Source: Polyangiaceae bacterium
Lineage (GTDB): Bacteria > Myxococcota_A > Polyangia > Polyangiales > Polyangiaceae
Reading direction: 5' to 3'
NCBI GenBank assembly: GCA_044376115.1
Contig: JBILLK010000011.1
Coordinates: 283,628 to 347,627 of the forward strand
DNA: 64,000 nucleotides
Both the position numbers and the translations under genes were made by a program. Below the pieces are notes generated by a model, which was not told the DNA's origin, searched no databases, and saw only the letters and a program-made list of their open reading frames with translations. Shown here piece after piece: positions 57,510 through 64,000 of the stretch; the first letter of the stretch is position 1, and every line of letters begins with the position of its first letter.

Positions 57510-58457
57510 CTACGAAGGCGGGGCGGCCAACCGCTCAAGAACCTCTTTGACGAACAGCGGTGGTGGCGTGACGTGAAGCGCGCCCTCGCGAACTTCGCAA
57601 GGGATGCGAACGAGCTCCCCACGCCGCGTCCAAAACACCTGATCGCTGATTGAGCCGGGGCCGCGTCGATGCGCTTCGAGCGCGAGGCTGACGAGCGCGT
57701 TTACGGCGAAGATCGCTCGGCCATCCTCGATCAAATGATGAAAAAACACGTGGCGGTTTGGGACGGCGATCAACGCGCCAAAGGGATGCCCCTCAGGCAC
57801 CGAATCTCGGGCCACGAGCAAGGCCCGCGAGGCGTTGTAGTAGGAGTTCCCCTCGACCACGTTGATGGGCACGTCCTCCTGACCATGCACCACGTGCGTC
57901 TCGGGCTCCTCCTCGAGCGCCAAGTTGGCCATCCCCGTCTCGAACAGCTCTTCCTCGGAGCGTCCCCACGCGCGAATCTCGGCGCGGGACACGCTGCGCA
58001 TCGCGCTGGGCAAATCAAAAACCAACGCAGCCGCCAGGCCTTCCGACACGTGTTTGAGCACGTAGTCGTCGATCCACGATTCGTACAGGCGAACGCGCAG
58101 CATGCTCTTCACCTTGTCGAAGTCGCCAACCATGGCTCGCAGCGCTTGCTCTTCCGCGGCGCTGCCAAACACCAGCGCAAAGTGTTTAGCGATCGCCGTA
58201 GGCCAATCCCCCGTTGGAATGCCTTTGCAGACCTGCGCGAGGTTGGAGAGCCCGAGGCTTTGGGGGCCTTCGACCCACTCAATCTCCACGACCCCGTTGC
58301 CCATCTGGTAGGCGACGCCCTGCGCCTTTACCTCGGCTTCGACGAGCGTAAGGAACATCGCAAGTTCCTTCTCCGATAGGAAGGGGGCCCACTCGGCTCG
58401 AGTCATGGATTTCGGAAGCTTAGCAAAGGACTCGAGAGCGCCCGCGTCATTCTGCAT
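57510..58457 (-). CDS. Hypothetical protein
   Basis: 315-aa ORF (LGLSNLAQVC, LVFDLP, GALIAVPNRH); no function recognised. Confidence 0.7.
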   Translation of the reverse strand: MQNDAGALESFAKLPKSMTRAEWAPFLSEKELAMFLTLVEAEVKAQGVAYQMGNGVVEIEWVEGPQSLGLSNLAQVCKGIPTGDWPTAIAKHFALVFGSAAEEQALRAMVGDFDKVKSMLRVRLYESWIDDYVLKHVSEGLAAALVFDLPSAMRSVSRAEIRAWGRSEEELFETGMANLALEEEPETHVVHGQEDVPINVVEGNSYYNASRALLVARDSVPEGHPFGALIAVPNRHVFFHHLIEDGRAIFAVNALVSLALEAHRRGPGSISDQVFWTRRGELVRIPCEVREGALHVTPPPLFVKEVLERLAAPPS

Positions 58458-58517
58458 CGTCTCGGGTCGGGGATCGCTGAGGGTCGCGCGCCCCGACTGA
58501 ACTTCGACGAGGGACGG

Positions 58518-59300
58518 TCATTCGACATCGACCAACACGGGGGCGTGGTCGCTGGGAATGCGTCCGTCGCGCTTCTTGCGAAAGTCCCGATCGATCTGCG
58601 CCGTGCGGGCCCGGCTCGCAAGGGGCTGGCTAGCCAACAGAAAGTCGATGCGAAGGCCATGCTTCTTGTGGAACGCGCCGGCGCGGTAGTCCCACCACGA
58701 AAACGCCTGTTCCGCAGGGTGTAGCGAGCGGAAAACGTCCACCAGGCCCAAGTCGATCAAACCTTTCCAGCATGAGCGTTCCTCCGCGGTGTGGAAGATG
58801 CGATCGGTGAACGCCGCCTCGTTCCACGAATCGAGCGCCGCAGGTACGAGGTTGAAGTCCCCGCCCATCAGCACCGGCTGACTCAGGGGCAGGCTGGCTG
58901 CGTACTCGCGAAGCTTCTCGAGGAAGGCAAGCTTCAGCTTGAAGTCCGGGTGGGACAGCGACTTGCCGTTGGGAACATAAACGCTCGAAACCAAGAGCCC
59001 TGCGGCCTCGACCGTCAATAAGCGGGCACCAAAGCTCTCCGCCCCCGGAAGCCCGCGTTGCACGATGCGCGGCTGACCCTCGAGTGCCCGACGCACCAAA
59101 ACGGCGACCCCGTTCCACTGTGGCTGGCCGTGCGTGAGGGCCACATAGCCAACTTGGGCGAAGGCGAGGTGGGGGAACGCCTCGTCTTCGACCTTCAATT
59201 CCTGCAGACAAACCAGGTCCGGTTGGTGCGTTTGGAGAAAATCCAACACAAAGTCGAGTCGTGCTGGCAGCGAGTTCACGTTCCAAGTACAGAGGCGCAT
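58518..59300 (-). CDS. xth: Exodeoxyribonuclease III
   Basis: TWNVNS, CLQELK, NGVA, YVPNG, GDFN, SWWDYR, GLRID, SDHAP. Confidence 0.95.
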   Translation of the reverse strand: MRLCTWNVNSLPARLDFVLDFLQTHQPDLVCLQELKVEDEAFPHLAFAQVGYVALTHGQPQWNGVAVLVRRALEGQPRIVQRGLPGAESFGARLLTVEAAGLLVSSVYVPNGKSLSHPDFKLKLAFLEKLREYAASLPLSQPVLMGGDFNLVPAALDSWNEAAFTDRIFHTAEERSCWKGLIDLGLVDVFRSLHPAEQAFSWWDYRAGAFHKKHGLRIDFLLASQPLASRARTAQIDRDFRKKRDGRIPSDHAPVLVDVE

Positions 59301-59364
59301 CAGCGCGCGAGGAGACGACATCCGAGGCCCTTCTGCCAAGGCTGCTGGCTCTGTAGCTTCACGC

Positions 59365-59392
59365 TTGACTTAGGCCACCCCCTGAGTAATCT
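59365..59392 (+). promoter_or_regulatory. Sigma70-type promoter of the str operon
   Basis: TTGACT-16 bp-TAATCT followed by a GC-rich discriminator (GCGCGTCCC). Confidence 0.65.
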
Positions 59393-59428
59393 GCGCGTCC
59401 CGCATTTCCGCGAGCATCGAGACCTGTA

Positions 59429-59827
59429 ATGCCCACGATCAATCAGCTCATTCGTCAAGGCCGTGAAGCCAGCGTCTGGAAGACGGCTTCCCCCGCGCTC
59501 AAGTCCTGCCCCCAGCGCCGCGGCGTCTGCGTTCGCGTCTACACGACCACGCCGAAGAAGCCGAACTCGGCTCTTCGCAAGGTCTGCCGCGTCCGCCTGA
59601 CGAACCAGATGGAAGTGACCAGCTACATTCCCGGTGAAGGCCACAACCTCCAGGAGCACTCCGTCGTGCTGATCCGCGGCGGTCGTGTGAAGGACCTCCC
59701 CGGTGTTCGCTACCACGTCGTTCGTGGCACGCTCGACGCCTCGGGCGCCAACGGTCCCAGCTCGACCAACAAGGCTAACCGCAATCGCAAGCGCTCCAAG
59801 TACGGCGTCAAGAAGCCCAAGGGCTGA
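59429..59827 (+). CDS. rpsL: 30S ribosomal protein S12
   Basis: [28 protein letters not shown]. Confidence 0.99.
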   Translation: MPTINQLIRQGREASVWKTASPALKSCPQRRGVCVRVYTTTPKKPNSALRKVCRVRLTNQMEVTSYIPGEGHNLQEHSVVLIRGGRVKDLPGVRYHVVRGTLDASGANGPSSTNKANRNRKRSKYGVKKPKG

Positions 59828-59907
59828 GACGCTCGAGCAACCGTTTTTGAATCACTTTCTGACCCACGTGTTTGCCACGTGGCTCCCGCCAGAGAAAGAA
59901 GACAGCA

Positions 59908-60378
59908 ATGCCCCGCCGCCGTGAAGTTCCGAAACGCCGAATCATCCCTGACCCCAAGTTCAAGGACAAGTTGGTCACCAAGTTCACCAACTCGATCATG
60001 CTTGGTGGCAAGAAGGCGACTGCGGAAGGCATTCTTTACGGCGCCTTCGACGTCATTCGGGACCGCTTCAAGGAGGAGCCTCTCGAGGTTTTCCGCAAGG
60101 CGCTCGACAACGTCAAGCCGAAGCTCGAGGTCAAGAGCCGTCGTGTCGGTGGCGCTACCTACCAGGTCCCGGTTGAGGTTCGTCCGGAGCGGCGCGTCTC
60201 GTTGGCGATGCGCTGGTTGGTCACGTACTCACGCGGCCGCGGCGAGAAGACGATGATGGAGCGCTTGGCCGCTGAGCTGGTGGACGCCGCTCAGAACCGC
60301 GGCAACGCGGTCAAGAAGAAGGACGACACCCACAAGATGGCCGACGCCAACAAGGCGTTCGCTCATTACCGTTGGTGA
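59908..60378 (+). CDS. rpsG: 30S ribosomal protein S7
   Basis: [25 protein letters not shown]. Confidence 0.99.
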   Translation: MPRRREVPKRRIIPDPKFKDKLVTKFTNSIMLGGKKATAEGILYGAFDVIRDRFKEEPLEVFRKALDNVKPKLEVKSRRVGGATYQVPVEVRPERRVSLAMRWLVTYSRGRGEKTMMERLAAELVDAAQNRGNAVKKKDDTHKMADANKAFAHYRW

Positions 60379-60385
60379 TTCCGGT

Positions 60386-60424
60386 GGCAGGTGGCCTTGT
60401 TGGCTCCCTGCCTTCTTTCGTTTT
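60386..60424 (+). terminator. Intrinsic terminator/attenuator-like hairpin after rpsG
   Basis: GGCAGG...CCTGCC stem with inner GGCC/GGCT pairing, followed by TTCTTTCGTTTT. Confidence 0.55.
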
Positions 60425-60455
60425 GTTGATGGAAGCAAGCTAGCGAGCAATGAAC

Positions 60456-60609
60456 TGCACGACATAAAGGATCGGGTTACGCCCCGCCGTTAATCGGCAA
60501 ACAAGGCAACGTACCCCGACCCCTCTCCGGGTTCCCCTGGTGCTCACCGAATGGAGGTGGGCCAGCTTCGTATCGACGAGGCGGAACGGACCGGAGGGGG
60601 TTTCGTGCA
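60456..60609 (+). ncRNA. Putative multibranched structured RNA in the fusA leader
   Basis: Nested complementary segments found by eye: TGCACGA/TCGTGCA, TCGGG..TAC..GCC/GGC..GTA..CCCGA, CCCCTCTCCGG/CCGGAGGGG, GTTCC/GGAAC, GCTCACC/GGTGGGC, CTTCGT/ACGAGG. Confidence 0.55.
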
Positions 60610-60654
60610 TTCTGGCCCCCAACCTTTTACCTGTTCGTTCCGACCGAGATTCCC

Positions 60655-62772
<2,118 letters not shown>

Positions 62773-62807
62773 GCGCTACACACCCGAAGGAAGAAGAGAG
62801 AATCGCG

Positions 62808-63998
62808 ATGGCCAAGGAGAAATTCAACCGCACCAAGCCCCACGTGAACGTCGGAACGATCGGTCACATCGACCACGGAAAGACGACGCTGACGGCTTCA
62901 CTGGTGAAGGTTCAGTCGAAGAACGGGTTGGCGAAAGAGATTTCGTACGCCGACATCGCGAAGGGCGGAACGGTTCGTGACGAGACGAAGACCGTGACCA
63001 TCGCTGCGGCCCACGTCGAGTACGAGTCGAAGAAGCGCCACTACGCTCACGTCGACTGCCCCGGCCACGCCGACTACATCAAGAACATGATCACCGGCGC
63101 AGCCCAGATGGACGGCGCAATCCTCGTGGTCAGCGCGCTCGACAGCGTGATGCCGCAGACCCGCGAGCACGTTCTGCTCGCTCGCCAGGTCGGTTTGACC
63201 CACATCGTCGTGTTCTTGAACAAGTGCGACGCCGTGGAAGACGCCGAGATGCTCGATCTCGTCGAGATGGAGGTGCGCGAGCTCCTCAACAAGTACAACT
63301 TCAAGGGCGATGACGCTCCGGTCATCCGTGGCGCTGCTCTTCCCGCAATGCGCGGCGAGGAGAAGTGGGTTGCCACCATCGGTGAGCTGCTCGACGCTCT
63401 CGACAGCCACATCCCGGAGCCGGTTCGCGACATCGATAAGCCCTTCCTAATGGCGATCGAAGACGTGTTCTCGATCAAGGGTCGCGGCACCGTCGCCACC
63501 GGTCGTATCGAGCGCGGCATCATCAAGGTGAACGAGGAGGTCCAGGTCATCGGCTTCTCGGACACGAAGAAGACGGTCGTCACCGGCGTCGAGATGTTCC
63601 GCAAGCTGCTCGACCAGGGCCAGGCTGGCGACAACGTCGGCTGCCTCCTGCGCGGCATCGAGAAGGAGCAGATTGAGCGCGGCCAGGTCCTCGCGAAGCC
63701 CGGAAGCATCACGCCCCACACCAAGTTCAAGGGCGAGGTCTACGTGCTCAAGAAGGAAGAGGGCGGTCGTCACACCCCGTTCTTCACCAACTACCGCCCC
63801 CAGTTCTACATCCGCACCACCGACGTGACGGGCACCTGCGCCCTCCCCGAAGGCGTGAAGATGGTTATGCCGGGCGACAACATCACGATGGACATCCAGC
63901 TGATTGCCCCCGTCGCTCTCGAAGAGCAGATGCGCTTCGCTATCCGCGAAGGCGGCAAGACGGTTGGCGCAGGCATCGTCACCAAGATCATCGAGTAA
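62808..63998 (+). CDS. tuf: Elongation factor Tu
   Basis: [29 protein letters not shown]. Confidence 0.99.
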   Translation: MAKEKFNRTKPHVNVGTIGHIDHGKTTLTASLVKVQSKNGLAKEISYADIAKGGTVRDETKTVTIAAAHVEYESKKRHYAHVDCPGHADYIKNMITGAAQMDGAILVVSALDSVMPQTREHVLLARQVGLTHIVVFLNKCDAVEDAEMLDLVEMEVRELLNKYNFKGDDAPVIRGAALPAMRGEEKWVATIGELLDALDSHIPEPVRDIDKPFLMAIEDVFSIKGRGTVATGRIERGIIKVNEEVQVIGFSDTKKTVVTGVEMFRKLLDQGQAGDNVGCLLRGIEKEQIERGQVLAKPGSITPHTKFKGEVYVLKKEEGGRHTPFFTNYRPQFYIRTTDVTGTCALPEGVKMVMPGDNITMDIQLIAPVALEEQMRFAIREGGKTVGAGIVTKIIE

Positions 63999-64000
63999 TC

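Overview
GC-rich bacterial DNA, most likely from a myxobacterium (Myxococcota, Polyangia/Sorangium-like). This assignment rests on the Hanks-type kinases, Cys-rich lipoproteins, myxobacterial-type SspB, and S12/EF-Tu signatures. In order, the window holds: partial sspB, a Coq4-like/TetR divergon with a palindromic operator, an H-NOX plus GAF-HNOBA hybrid kinase pair, three glycosyltransferases, tRNA-Leu(GAG), two lipoproteins behind a c-di-GMP-I (GEMM-I) riboswitch, and two-component and Ser/Thr kinase genes (one with PilZ, two apparent pseudokinases). Then come xdhC/mocA-like, gshA, nudC and a 5'-3' exonuclease. The largest accessory block is a ~15.4 kb orphan type VI secretion spike locus with THREE tandem divergent vgrG genes, two DUF2169 chaperones, a PAAR-like-tipped putative effector, a catalytically dead ketosynthase-like protein and a TIGR02270-like protein. 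After it are metabolic genes, a tandemly duplicated S41-protease plus lipoprotein module, xth, and the str operon (rpsL-rpsG-fusA-tuf), which has a large structured RNA element between rpsG and fusA. The most promising candidates for undescribed biology are the triple-VgrG locus (possible heterotrimeric spike) and its unknown effector, the rpsG-fusA structured RNA, the riboswitch-controlled Sel1 lipoprotein, and the S41/lipoprotein pairs. All family calls come from motif recognition by eye; no searches or folding programs were run.
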